The notes under the pieces are model-generated. The model was not told the origin of the DNA and did no database searches. It saw nothing but the letters and a program-made list of their open reading frames with translations. This document shows, one piece after another, positions 17,560-25,807 of a DNA stretch of 58,120 bases. The translations under genes and the position numbers were made by a program. Numbering within the stretch: position 1 is the first letter of the stretch; each line of letters opens with the position of its first letter. Origin of the DNA: a virus (taxonomy: Duplodnaviria > Caudoviricetes); IMG/VR virus record IMGVR_UViG_3300036978_000157, positions 1 through 58,120 of that record, one strand, 5' to 3'.

Positions 17560-17820
17560 AGAAAATACAATTCAAGTATTCAGATTTGTATTTCAGCACA
17601 AAAAATACAATTGAGTAGCATAAGACATTAGGCATACGACATAGCACTAAGTCGCAAGCTAACCATACGACATTAGCTTAGATTAGCATGAAACTTAGCT
17701 TGAACTTAGCTTGCTCTGTCAAGAGATTTTTATTGACATAGAAAATACCAGTTTTTATGGGGGGAGGGGTTTCCACGATGGAGCCTTTGACGCTGGGCAT
17801 GGTAGGGGTGAGGGGTGGTG
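17560..17820. repeat. Non-coding short-repeat and G-tract region (possible genome end / packaging site)
   Basis: AAAATACAATT x2, CATACGACAT x2, AACTTAGCTTG x2 tandem, several TTAG, G-runs 17759-17815. Confidence 0.5.
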
Positions 17821-17951
17821 GCCTCTGTCCTCCATAGAAAAAGAGATTCCTTCCATCGCTGCATGACGATAGAAGACTACGCAAGAATTAAATGCGATAT
17901 TCCATGACCAAAAAAATATCGGGCACGATAAAAAATAATCGCTCGAAACTA

Positions 17952-17980
17952 TTGACGATCACCCGTTTCTTTGGTAGTCT
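17952..17980 (+). promoter_or_regulatory. Sigma70-like early promoter
   Basis: TTGACG, 17 bp, TAGTCT; AAACTATTGAC shared with the 19707 promoter. Confidence 0.65.
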
Positions 17981-18156
17981 TTAAAGAGTGAAAGGCATCG
18001 TGCCTTTTGCAATTTGATCCTTTGACATTTTGATTTTTACTTTTTGCTTTCGGCAATCTGTTCGCAATGCATTCCATCATGGGAAGGAATAAACCTTTTC
18101 TTGAATCATTTGATTCGAGTGATGCGTGGTGAATAGATAAACCGAAAGTAAACAAC

Positions 18157-18879
18157 ATGAAAACAGCAAACAAAAAAACAGCCGTAAACCTTAGCGTAGT
18201 TCGTGAACCAATGGCAATTGACCTAATGTTCAAGAGAAACTCTCTTGGATATCTGGAAAGCGGGAAATCAACAGACATCTCATTGGATGACGCTGTTGGG
18301 TATGTCGTTTCCAAACTGGATGCGGGACAATCTGCAATCCGTGACGCGATTCTCTTTTCCGCTTGGGTTTTCAAGAATAAGCCCGAAGAACAGAGTAAAG
18401 CATATGCTGAACAATTAAAGGCCCGCTGGAGTGGTTCGACTATTCCAAACCTAATCAGCATAAGTAAAGCCCTCCCCTCATTTGAGGATAAAGGGTTGTC
18501 GATTGACAAGGTGAAGGATTTATACGCGCTCCGCGAGGTTTCAAAGCTCTTAAAGGGTGATGAGACGAGCGGGCGGGCGGTTGCGCTTCTTAATGAGGGT
18601 AAATCCCCTCGTGCTGTGAAAGAGTCTCTTTCACCAAAAGCAGAGCGGGAAGAGCGGGAAGAGACAACAGAGTCAAAGCCCGTCAATTTCGCCGATGAAG
18701 CGGATAAACTCGAAACTTTGCTTTTGTCATATACCGATAAATACGCGAAGATTGGAGAACATGAAGCACGCATCAAAATTGCTCGTCAAATAGTGGCAAA
18801 GCTAAACCTCGGTGGATATATTCTAATGCACGCCGATGCCGCTGCCGCTGTGAAAACCCTCAAAGAAGGCAAAAAGTAA
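18157..18879 (+). CDS. Hypothetical helical protein in its own transcription unit
   Basis: 240 aa, between its own promoter and terminator. Confidence 0.75.
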   Translation: MKTANKKTAVNLSVVREPMAIDLMFKRNSLGYLESGKSTDISLDDAVGYVVSKLDAGQSAIRDAILFSAWVFKNKPEEQSKAYAEQLKARWSGSTIPNLISISKALPSFEDKGLSIDKVKDLYALREVSKLLKGDETSGRAVALLNEGKSPRAVKESLSPKAEREEREETTESKPVNFADEADKLETLLLSYTDKYAKIGEHEARIKIARQIVAKLNLGGYILMHADAAAAVKTLKEGKK

Positions 18880-18967
18880 AATGGACATTAAAGAAAAGGT
18901 TCTTCTAAAGGTTCTACTGTTGGCCGTCATGGCCGCGTTTGTAATCTTTAGACTCTTATAGAAAATC

Positions 18968-18998
18968 GGGTGACATCTTCGGGTGTCACCCTTTTTTT
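18968..18998 (+). terminator. Intrinsic terminator
   Basis: GGGTGACATC-TTCG-GGTGTCACCC followed by T7. Confidence 0.9.
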
Positions 18999-19029
18999 GT
19001 GCCAAAAAATAATCTGCGATTTGCCGGCT

Positions 19030-19629
19030 TCAGACTGCTTGCTCTTCCCCTTCTTCCACTTCCCCTTCGTTATCGTAAACGATAGCCTCTTCCACTTCGT
19101 TCTGTTCCCCTCTTCCCCCTTCTACATATTGCCCGGATATTACTTCCACCTCTTCCGCTTTCTGTGGCCCGGTCATGTGCAGGCTGATCATTGCATTCAC
19201 GCTCATTGCCCGTTTATCACCAATGTTTTGATCATCCAAGCCAAGCGTCCTTCTCGCCGTCTTATCTAATTCTGACAGCACTTCCAAGCGTTCCCGCTGC
19301 TCTTTAATGTTACCCATTTTCTTTCTGGCAACTATCTCGGCTCTCTCTTCACTCACCTGTTTAAGCATAAACCGCAGATGCTCTTCGGTTTGATCCTTCA
19401 TTGCCTCAATGATTGTCTTCTCAATCATGCCCGTGGATTGCACTCGGATGAGCTGTCTTTGCTTTGACCACTGCCCTTTGATCATGACATTCTTCACATA
19501 GAATCTGGAGAGTCCAATGAACTCTGGCATCTTTACTATGTCAGCGATTTCGTTCCCTTGGATGTATAAAGCTCTCACTTTATCCATGTCCCACTTCTTT
19601 CTCGCATCGACTTGCTTCTTTGCTTTCAT
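19030..19629 (-). CDS. Putative terminase small subunit
   Basis: N-terminal HTH (WDMDKVRALYIQG...W), central coiled coil, LDKTARRTLGLD, acidic tail. Confidence 0.6.
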   Translation of the reverse strand: MKAKKQVDARKKWDMDKVRALYIQGNEIADIVKMPEFIGLSRFYVKNVMIKGQWSKQRQLIRVQSTGMIEKTIIEAMKDQTEEHLRFMLKQVSEERAEIVARKKMGNIKEQRERLEVLSELDKTARRTLGLDDQNIGDKRAMSVNAMISLHMTGPQKAEEVEVISGQYVEGGRGEQNEVEEAIVYDNEGEVEEGEEQAV

Positions 19630-19706
19630 GGCCGAAAAGTAGATTATCGGTTACGATAAATCAATAAAATTATTTTGACTAAATGTGAAATAAATATATA
19701 AAACTA

Positions 19707-19735
19707 TTGACAAAGTGGGTGACTTGTGCTATACT
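19707..19735 (+). promoter_or_regulatory. Strong sigma70-like early promoter
   Basis: TTGACA, 17 bp, TGnTATACT, AT-rich UP element. Confidence 0.85.
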
Positions 19736-19743
19736 TATTGAAG

Positions 19744-19960
19744 GTCGGGGAAGAGTAGTCTTCTCACGACAATTGATCATTTAACATTTTAGGTTTTCAG
19801 TTTCGGTTTTTCGTGTGCCGTTGGCATTATCGTAAAAGATAATGTCAGCGGTGTAATGCAGCTTGGTTATCGTGTCCGATAATCATGTGCGAGCAATCTC
19901 GCCAGCGGTGACAAGCCCGTAAAGCATAACGCAAATGCAGAGTCATAACACACGAAACAA
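19744..19960 (+). promoter_or_regulatory. Structured early leader (hairpin, boxA-like sequence, multibranch structure holding two palindromes)
   Basis: TGATCATTTAACA 19774-19786; TTTCGTGTG pairs with CACACGAAA; 15-bp hairpin around 19827-19842. Confidence 0.55.
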
Positions 19961-20200
19961 ATGAAAATAACAAAACAGCATATAGTAAACAGGTTAGAAT
20001 ACCTATACAATGTGACAAGCATCCACTTTGATCTATCAATTCAATGTTCTGGTAGGTCGAAAGGATATTCCATCATGATCAATGGCTCTCATGTCATGAC
20101 ATATGGTCATGTTCCAATTGCAGTCCTTGATCAATGCATCACTGCCTTTGCAAAAGGATATAATAGAGGCGCGTGTGATTTTGCTCCTAAAGCATTATGA
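19961..20200 (+). CDS. Early hypothetical protein
   Basis: ATG after the ACACGAAAC motif. Confidence 0.7.
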   Translation: MKITKQHIVNRLEYLYNVTSIHFDLSIQCSGRSKGYSIMINGSHVMTYGHVPIAVLDQCITAFAKGYNRGACDFAPKAL

Positions 20201-20436
20201 CTACTAAAACTATCGTATCCGATAAAGGTAACAAGTATATCGTTCCTGTCGTTTCCGCCGAAGAGATGGAACAAATCATGTTCGGAATGGATTCGCCCGG
20301 ATGGTGTCTCACTTGTGGTGAGGAAGTCGATGGTGTTGAGCCAGACGCTTCCAAGTATCTTTGCGAATGCTGCGGTCAGCGCAAAGTATACGGCATGGAG
20401 CAACTGCTTATAATGGATTTACTTGTTATAAAATGA
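20197..20436 (+). CDS. Small zinc-ribbon protein
   Basis: GWCLTCG...VEPDA...CECCG. Confidence 0.75.
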   Translation: MTTKTIVSDKGNKYIVPVVSAEEMEQIMFGMDSPGWCLTCGEEVDGVEPDASKYLCECCGQRKVYGMEQLLIMDLLVIK

Positions 20437-20573
20437 ACTACCAAGTCTATTCAACGATCACAGTCTGCCTGCTCACTTCATTCAAAAGATATTGGGCATG
20501 GCGGCATGATCCATATTGGCGCAAAACCCTTCGCGATTATGTCGTAGCATTACGATATATCCGTTCCAAGTAA
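20433..20573 (+). CDS. Small hypothetical protein
   Basis: ATGA-coupled; stop abuts leader element E1. Confidence 0.5.
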   Translation: MNYQVYSTITVCLLTSFKRYWAWRHDPYWRKTLRDYVVALRYIRSK

Positions 20574-20650
20574 TTAGCCACTCTGTTCTGTTATCGTTTA
20601 CGATAGCAGGACAGCAGGCTGACTACAACCAGTCGGCAAAAACACGAAAC
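20574..20650 (+). promoter_or_regulatory. Repeated two-hairpin leader element E1
   Basis: TTAGCC-ACT-stem(palindrome)-CA-GGCTGA, second hairpin, ACACGAAAC. Confidence 0.7.
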
Positions 20651-20653
20651 CAA

Positions 20654-21331
20654 ATGTATATTATACATGAAACCAATGACATTGTAGTAATCGCTACAAG
20701 AAACAGCAAGAACCGCAAGACAGGCAGCAGCGTTCAGATTTGGATTATGGATGCGCGTATGCATCCTACCGAGTCACGCAAAGGCCCGGACGCAGACAAT
20801 CAATGCAATGGCTGTGAGTTTGCATCCAAGCAGGGATGTTATGTGAATGACAATCCTCTCGGTGCAATCTGGCGAGCGTATCAGCGCGGCTCATATGAAT
20901 ATCTTTATATGGGAACACGCGAATGGTATGACTTCTTCTCTGTGCCTTATGTCCGTTTCGGTGCGTATGGTAATCCTTCTCACATTCCATTGGAGATGGT
21001 CTACGATATCGCCAAACTTTCCAAGCGTATCACAGGCTACTTCCATGACTGGCACACTATGCCAGCACCACTTGCCAAAGCGTATGGTAGATACTTTATG
21101 GCTTCTACCAATACAAGCAATGTGGAGTATGCCAAGAACCTCGGCTTGCGGACATTCACAGTCACAAACGAACCTCTCGTTAACGATATCGAATGTCTTG
21201 CAGATGCCAAGGGTCTGTCTTGTTCAGAGTGTGGATTGTGTGATGGTAACTATCGCCGCTCTTCCCTCCCATCTGTGTGGATCAATCCTCATGGATATCA
21301 AGTGCGTAAAGCGGTGGAGGCTATAGCATGA
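20654..21331 (+). CDS. Cys-rich phage protein (gene-product-88 / radical-SAM-like)
   Basis: NRKTG, CNGC...CYV, RFGAYGNP, TGYFH.W, CSECGLC. Confidence 0.6.
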   Translation: MYIIHETNDIVVIATRNSKNRKTGSSVQIWIMDARMHPTESRKGPDADNQCNGCEFASKQGCYVNDNPLGAIWRAYQRGSYEYLYMGTREWYDFFSVPYVRFGAYGNPSHIPLEMVYDIAKLSKRITGYFHDWHTMPAPLAKAYGRYFMASTNTSNVEYAKNLGLRTFTVTNEPLVNDIECLADAKGLSCSECGLCDGNYRRSSLPSVWINPHGYQVRKAVEAIA

Positions 21332-21392
21332 GTGTAAGAAAGTTACTTATCCTTATCATGCTCTTCCAAGTAGTAGTAGCCATTGCAATCCT

Positions 21393-21557
21393 ATGCTCGA
21401 AATAACAAAGCTCAAAGCAAAGAAGCTCTTCGATGCGATTCCTATCAAGCAAATCGGCGTTGTCCGCGCCACCACTCCCAAGAAAAAACCTGTCACCATC
21501 ATAACAAAGAAAGACAAGCAAGTCCTTCGCGTATGTGACGGCAAGTATTGGGCGTAG
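21393..21557 (+). CDS. Small basic protein (not in the ORF track)
   Basis: MLEITKLKAKK...; stop abuts element E2. Confidence 0.45.
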   Translation: MLEITKLKAKKLFDAIPIKQIGVVRATTPKKKPVTIITKKDKQVLRVCDGKYWA

Positions 21558-21632
21558 TCAGACACTCTGGTGTTATCGGAAACGATAATGCCAGCAGTCT
21601 GCTTACATGGTGTAAGTAGAAAAACACGAAAC
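21558..21632 (+). promoter_or_regulatory. Repeated two-hairpin leader element E2
   Basis: CAGAC-ACT-CTGG...CCAG-CA-GTCTG; TCTGCTTACA/TGTAAGTAGA; ACACGAAAC. Confidence 0.75.
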
Positions 21633-21635
21633 AAA

Positions 21636-22016
21636 ATGAACACATACTATACAAAACATCCAGTCAACGACATCTATACTCCTGCTACAATTAGCTCGGA
21701 AGATGCAATCGCAATCCTCATCCAGTCGGCAGTCACCAATGCAGTTAACAAGGTAAATGACATCATCATCAATGCTGTCATCGCCCGTGTTAACGATGCG
21801 GTCAGTGATGCTAATATCCAAAACAAAGTAGAAGCACATTTATCTACAATGGATATTGGAGTTATAGTTGAAGAAGCCGCTTCAAATGCCGCCCGTGATT
21901 ACGATTACGATAGTGCAATCGAGAATGCGTTAGATGGTGTAGACATCGATGAGATGGTTACAGAGAAGATCACCGATCACTTAGACTCTTGTTCCATTCA
22001 AGTCCGTATCAACTAA
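21636..22016 (+). CDS. Acidic early protein
   Basis: D/E-rich helical repeats; ATG after ACACGAAAC. Confidence 0.7.
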   Translation: MNTYYTKHPVNDIYTPATISSEDAIAILIQSAVTNAVNKVNDIIINAVIARVNDAVSDANIQNKVEAHLSTMDIGVIVEEAASNAARDYDYDSAIENALDGVDIDEMVTEKITDHLDSCSIQVRIN

Positions 22017-22089
22017 TCAGACACGCTGCTCATCCGCGAGGGTGGGCAGTAGTCTGGTTATCGTTTCCGATAATCAGTAAACACGAAAC
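22017..22089 (+). promoter_or_regulatory. Repeated two-hairpin leader element E3
   Basis: CAGAC-AC-stem(GCGA loop)-A-GTCTG; the second hairpin is the palindrome; ACACGAAAC. Confidence 0.75.
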
Positions 22090-22103
22090 AACAAACTAAT
22101 AAT

Positions 22104-22523
22104 ATGAAAAGAGAACAATACTTAGAATCAAGAGTATATGATGAACATGAGTATATCGAAGTAGAAGAAGCTACTATCGAGATGCTCAATGAAACATACA
22201 GCTTCAAGTCGTTAGGTGGCCCGTTCACCTATATGTCCGCTGGTGATGTTCTGAAAGAATATGACCATGCTGCCTTCCGCGAGACAGTAAATAACTATCA
22301 GGATTCAATGATCCGCGATGGTAACTGGATCGAGTATGACGATGCCTGCTGGTTTCCACCAGTTCAAGAGTTCATCGACAACATCAAAGAAGCTATCAAG
22401 GATGTTGACCCCTTCCATGTGGATGAAGGTGAACATCGTGGTTGGTATTACTATGATGACATGGCTATGTGGTTAGGCCCGTTCAACTCACCAGAAGATT
22501 GTTACAATCACGCTTGCCCATGA
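22104..22523 (+). CDS. Acidic early protein (possible DNA mimic)
   Basis: Strong D/E excess, aromatic-rich. Confidence 0.7.
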   Translation: MKREQYLESRVYDEHEYIEVEEATIEMLNETYSFKSLGGPFTYMSAGDVLKEYDHAAFRETVNNYQDSMIRDGNWIEYDDACWFPPVQEFIDNIKEAIKDVDPFHVDEGEHRGWYYYDDMAMWLGPFNSPEDCYNHACP

Positions 22524-22732
22524 ACAAAGTATTATTCAACGAAGGCAAACAAGGTTTTGCTCTTCATGGTATAACATCCCCAAAGTTCACAGGCAAATGC
22601 TCCGCTTGGTTTTGGAGCAATGGTAAGATGCATGGGTGCGAGTGGATCCGCCGCGATGGTCAGTCGCGTCTAATCCCTATGTTCACTCCAATGTATAGAT
22701 ACTTGGAATCGCTCGGCCCGATTTGGAAGTAA
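22520..22732 (+). CDS. Hypothetical protein
   Basis: ATGA-coupled; stop abuts element E4. Confidence 0.6.
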   Translation: MNKVLFNEGKQGFALHGITSPKFTGKCSAWFWSNGKMHGCEWIRRDGQSRLIPMFTPMYRYLESLGPIWK

Positions 22733-22807
22733 CCAGACACTCTCCTCATTATCGTTCACGATAGTGGGGAGCAGTCTGGTAGCATGGTGCTACTGGAAAA
22801 CCAAAAC
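22733..22807 (+). promoter_or_regulatory. Repeated two-hairpin leader element E4
   Basis: CCAGAC-ACT-stem(palindrome)-CA-GTCTGG; GTAGCA-TGG-TGCTAC; AAAACCAAAAC. Confidence 0.75.
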
Positions 22808-22814
22808 TAATAAC

Positions 22815-22970
22815 ATGACAACAAATACATTAATACGAAAACTAATAAATCTTGCTGGCGAAGCAATACATCTTGCTGACCAATACGCAGGAGGTCAGTC
22901 TGAAACTGTAACTGAACTATCTAATCAATTAAATGAATTGATGGAACACGCAGCAGAGGAAAATGAGTGA
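22815..22970 (+). CDS. Small hypothetical protein
   Basis: ATG after E4. Confidence 0.55.
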   Translation: MTTNTLIRKLINLAGEAIHLADQYAGGQSETVTELSNQLNELMEHAAEENE

Positions 22971-23203
22971 GAACACATAACCTATACAAACAGAAACCTA
23001 TGTATACTATAATCGAACCACAAGAGTTTGAGCTTTATGCTCTTCTCCGACTCAAGTCAGCACTTAAATTAGAAGTTGCTGGCATGAAGCACAGCAGAGG
23101 ATCAGTCTACGCCAAGGTCAAGAAAGACTTTGGTTTCAAAGGAAACAAAGAGTCCGTTCTTAATCAACTCATCAACCACATCAGCAACAAATACAACCAA
23201 TGA
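22967..23203 (+). CDS. Hypothetical protein
   Basis: LKSALKLEVAGMKHSRGSVYA; coupled ORF. Confidence 0.65.
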   Translation: MRTHNLYKQKPMYTIIEPQEFELYALLRLKSALKLEVAGMKHSRGSVYAKVKKDFGFKGNKESVLNQLINHISNKYNQ

Positions 23204-23430
23204 AAAACACAAAACAAAAACCAATTGGCGATGAAATCATGGAACAAATCCATATGACTGGCACAACCTTCACTATTAAAATGGTTGAAGATTGCGAAGG
23301 TCAACCAACTGTTATCCTTAAAGATAACGATTGTGGTGACATGACAATCATCCAAACAATCGCCAATGAAATCAAGGTGACTCATCTTGATAACGACGAA
23401 ATCGAAGCAATTAAAGATGTTCTTCTATGA
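23200..23430 (+). CDS. Hypothetical protein
   Basis: ATGA-coupled. Confidence 0.6.
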   Translation: MKNTKQKPIGDEIMEQIHMTGTTFTIKMVEDCEGQPTVILKDNDCGDMTIIQTIANEIKVTHLDNDEIEAIKDVLL

Positions 23431-23567
23431 GTGCTACAGAAAAAAACCAACCAACCTGCCTACCACCAGAGGCATACATCCGCATCATTCGCCACTGCGA
23501 AAACAATGTTCCGAAGTTCCGCTCTTCGGTCTATCCTAAACCGCAACCTGTTAAGTCTAAAAAATGA
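23427..23567 (+). CDS. Small hypothetical protein (not in the ORF track)
   Basis: ATGA overlaps at both ends. Confidence 0.45.
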   Translation: MSATEKNQPTCLPPEAYIRIIRHCENNVPKFRSSVYPKPQPVKSKK

Positions 23568-25198
23568 ACATTCAAGCATTACTCGATACAGTTGAGTTCT
23601 CTCAACCCATGTCCACTACAACCAAGCGTGGCCCTCGTCTTCTTCGGAAGGCGAGCGTCACCTCGGAGTTCTGGAATTTATACAGGGCAGATAAGGATGA
23701 CTACAAACAAGTCATGGGTGACCTTGGCTTCCAACTCTCCAAGTTCAGAGAGGAGTGGGAACTTGCTTGGTGGTCGAGGGCCGACTTATCGTTTCCGACA
23801 ATACCTTCCTCCTCACCAGAGAAGGTTGAGCCAGAGGTTAAATATGACCTTCCTCCACTCATCTATCCCGAAAAGTTGTTTGAGTATCAACTAACTTCAG
23901 TTCAACTCGCACTTCGTTCCATGTCTAAATACAATCGTGCATTGCTTGGACATGGCACTGGCATGGGCAAGACTGCTATTGCCCTTGCTGTAGCCCGTGA
24001 ACGTGGCAGGCGCGTTGCTGTCATCTGCCCCAAACCCATCACCACCGACTGGCATAGGCTTGCCAAATACCTCGGCGTTGAAACCTACGAAGTTTGTGGG
24101 TGGGAATGGGTCAAGACCGGCAAGAGTAAGATTGGTAGGTGGACAGATGATAAGAAGAAGGAATTCCAATTCATGCTGCCTCCAGATACCGATCTTATAT
24201 TCGATGAGGTTCACCGCGCCAAGGCTCAAGGCAATACACAGAATGCCTTCCTGCTCCGCGATGCTGTAGTCCAGAATGTGCCAACAATAGCATTATCGGC
24301 TACGATAGCTGATGATCCTACAAAGATGTGGGCAATCGGCCAGTTCCTCGGACTCCATCAAGGTGGTAAGGACTTCTTCCGCTTCCTCAACGCCAATGGA
24401 TGCTACAATACCAACTTCGGTATGCAGTTCAAGGGTAACAACAAAATACTCAAGAACCTTCATGGCCGTATCTTTCCAGATCGTGGCAATCGTCTCAAAC
24501 CATCTGATGTTGGTAGTGCCTTTCCAGAGACACTCATCCAAGCCAGAGCGTTTGATATGGATACTGCCCGTGATATCGCCAAGGAATACGATGAACTACT
24601 TATGAGGGTAGAGCAGATCAAGATGCAGGAGAATGCCGCTTCATCGATGGGTGCAGTCCTTGCTGAGATGACCCGCGCCCGTCAGAAGATCGAACTCTTC
24701 AAAGCACCAGCAGTCTGTGCTATGGTCAAGGATTTGATCGAGGAAGGTAACTCGGTCTTTATTGCAGTCAACTTCACCGAGACTCTCAAGTTCATGGAAG
24801 AAGAACTCAAGACTACCTGCTCCATTCGCGGTGGTCAGAGTGATATGGTTAGGAGAGGTAACATCGACTCATTCCAGAATGACAAGTCCAGAGTTATAAT
24901 CGGCATCATCCAAGCCTGTCGAGAAGGTCTGAACCTGCACGATCTAAACGGCAAATACTCAAGGGTTGCCCTCATCATGCCGACCTACTCAGTCTTCGAT
25001 CTCAAGCAGGTATTGGGTCGAGTCCATCGAGCAGGAGGTAAGTCTAAGTCCATTCAGTATCTCATCTACGCCGCTGGTGTAGACATCGAGGAGTCAGTAT
25101 GCAGTTCGCTGGATGCTAAACTCAAGCGCATGGATACCCTCATGGATGGTGAGGTGGATGGGACGATATCAGTAGCACCGAAAGAAGTGAATGCCTAA
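23564..25198 (+). CDS. Superfamily 2 (SNF2-like) helicase
   Basis: GTGMGKT, DEVH, LSAT, EGLNL, QVLGRVHR. Confidence 0.9.
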   Translation: MNIQALLDTVEFSQPMSTTTKRGPRLLRKASVTSEFWNLYRADKDDYKQVMGDLGFQLSKFREEWELAWWSRADLSFPTIPSSSPEKVEPEVKYDLPPLIYPEKLFEYQLTSVQLALRSMSKYNRALLGHGTGMGKTAIALAVARERGRRVAVICPKPITTDWHRLAKYLGVETYEVCGWEWVKTGKSKIGRWTDDKKKEFQFMLPPDTDLIFDEVHRAKAQGNTQNAFLLRDAVVQNVPTIALSATIADDPTKMWAIGQFLGLHQGGKDFFRFLNANGCYNTNFGMQFKGNNKILKNLHGRIFPDRGNRLKPSDVGSAFPETLIQARAFDMDTARDIAKEYDELLMRVEQIKMQENAASSMGAVLAEMTRARQKIELFKAPAVCAMVKDLIEEGNSVFIAVNFTETLKFMEEELKTTCSIRGGQSDMVRRGNIDSFQNDKSRVIIGIIQACREGLNLHDLNGKYSRVALIMPTYSVFDLKQVLGRVHRAGGKSKSIQYLIYAAGVDIEESVCSSLDAKLKRMDTLMDGEVDGTISVAPKEVNA

Positions 25199-25207
25199 AA
25201 AACAAAT

Positions 25208-25242
25208 AGCCCACAGGGAATAAAATCCTTGTGGGCTTTTTT
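25208..25242 (+). terminator. Intrinsic terminator (possibly bidirectional) between convergent operons
   Basis: AGCCCACAGGGA/TCCTTGTGGGCT followed by a T-run. Confidence 0.85.
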
Positions 25243-25262
25243 GTTGTTATCGTTTCCGATAT

Positions 25263-25550
25263 TTACGGAGTAAACAGAAGTGGTTGGTTATCCTTCTCCT
25301 TCTCTGGTTCATCGAAGCGTTTGCGGAACTGAGCATTCTGATAATACATGAATGCAAGTTCCAGATACTTGATACACTCAAACCCTTCACCCTTGCGGGA
25401 TTCTGATTTGATGACCATCATGCTTGCTGTATGCAACAGGCTTGCCATTGCATGGACTCGTTCGTTTAGTGTCTCGTCGCCGCTCTTAATGAAGGTAAAC
25501 GCTTCAAGGACAGCTTTCGAGGTTTCGTTTTGTTGTGTTGGTTCTGACAT
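25263..25550 (-). CDS. Hypothetical protein
   Basis: 95 aa, last gene of the minus-strand operon. Confidence 0.65.
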   Translation of the reverse strand: MSEPTQQNETSKAVLEAFTFIKSGDETLNERVHAMASLLHTASMMVIKSESRKGEGFECIKYLELAFMYYQNAQFRKRFDEPEKEKDNQPLLFTP

Positions 25551-25552
25551 AA

Positions 25553-25807
25553 TTATTTGTTTTCTGTGTTTTGTTTTCTTGCTATTTCCAAGTTGGTTAA
25601 TCTTTCTGCTTCAGCTTTCCAATCATTGCGTTCTCTTTCAATCATTGCTAATCTTACTAACAAGCGAGAGTTGATAATCTGGAGTCTTGATTTTTCTTTC
25701 TCTGATCTTTCCAAGATTTCCTGCCTATCATTCAACGCTTTATTTGCAATGCCTATAAGTTGCTCTGATGAAAACACGCATAGCTTAACCAGTATTTTTT
25801 CAATCAT
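25553..25807 (-). CDS. Coiled-coil protein with ERERNDW motif
   Basis: ATGA-coupled start at 25807. Confidence 0.55.
   Translation of the reverse strand: MIEKILVKLCVFSSEQLIGIANKALNDRQEILERSEKEKSRLQIINSRLLVRLAMIERERNDWKAEAERLTNLEIARKQNTENK

Noticed and set aside
17768-17777. GGTTTCCACG complementary to the rep-leader loop CGTGGAAACC (possible trans antisense RNA)
   Set aside because: Only 10 nt and no supporting transcript evidence; could be chance.
20574-22807. CRISPR mini-array formed by the repeated hairpins, given a Cas4-like gene elsewhere
   Set aside because: Repeats are not identical and are separated by whole genes, not 30-40 bp spacers; stand-alone Cas4-like nucleases are common in phages and no cas1/cas2 is present.
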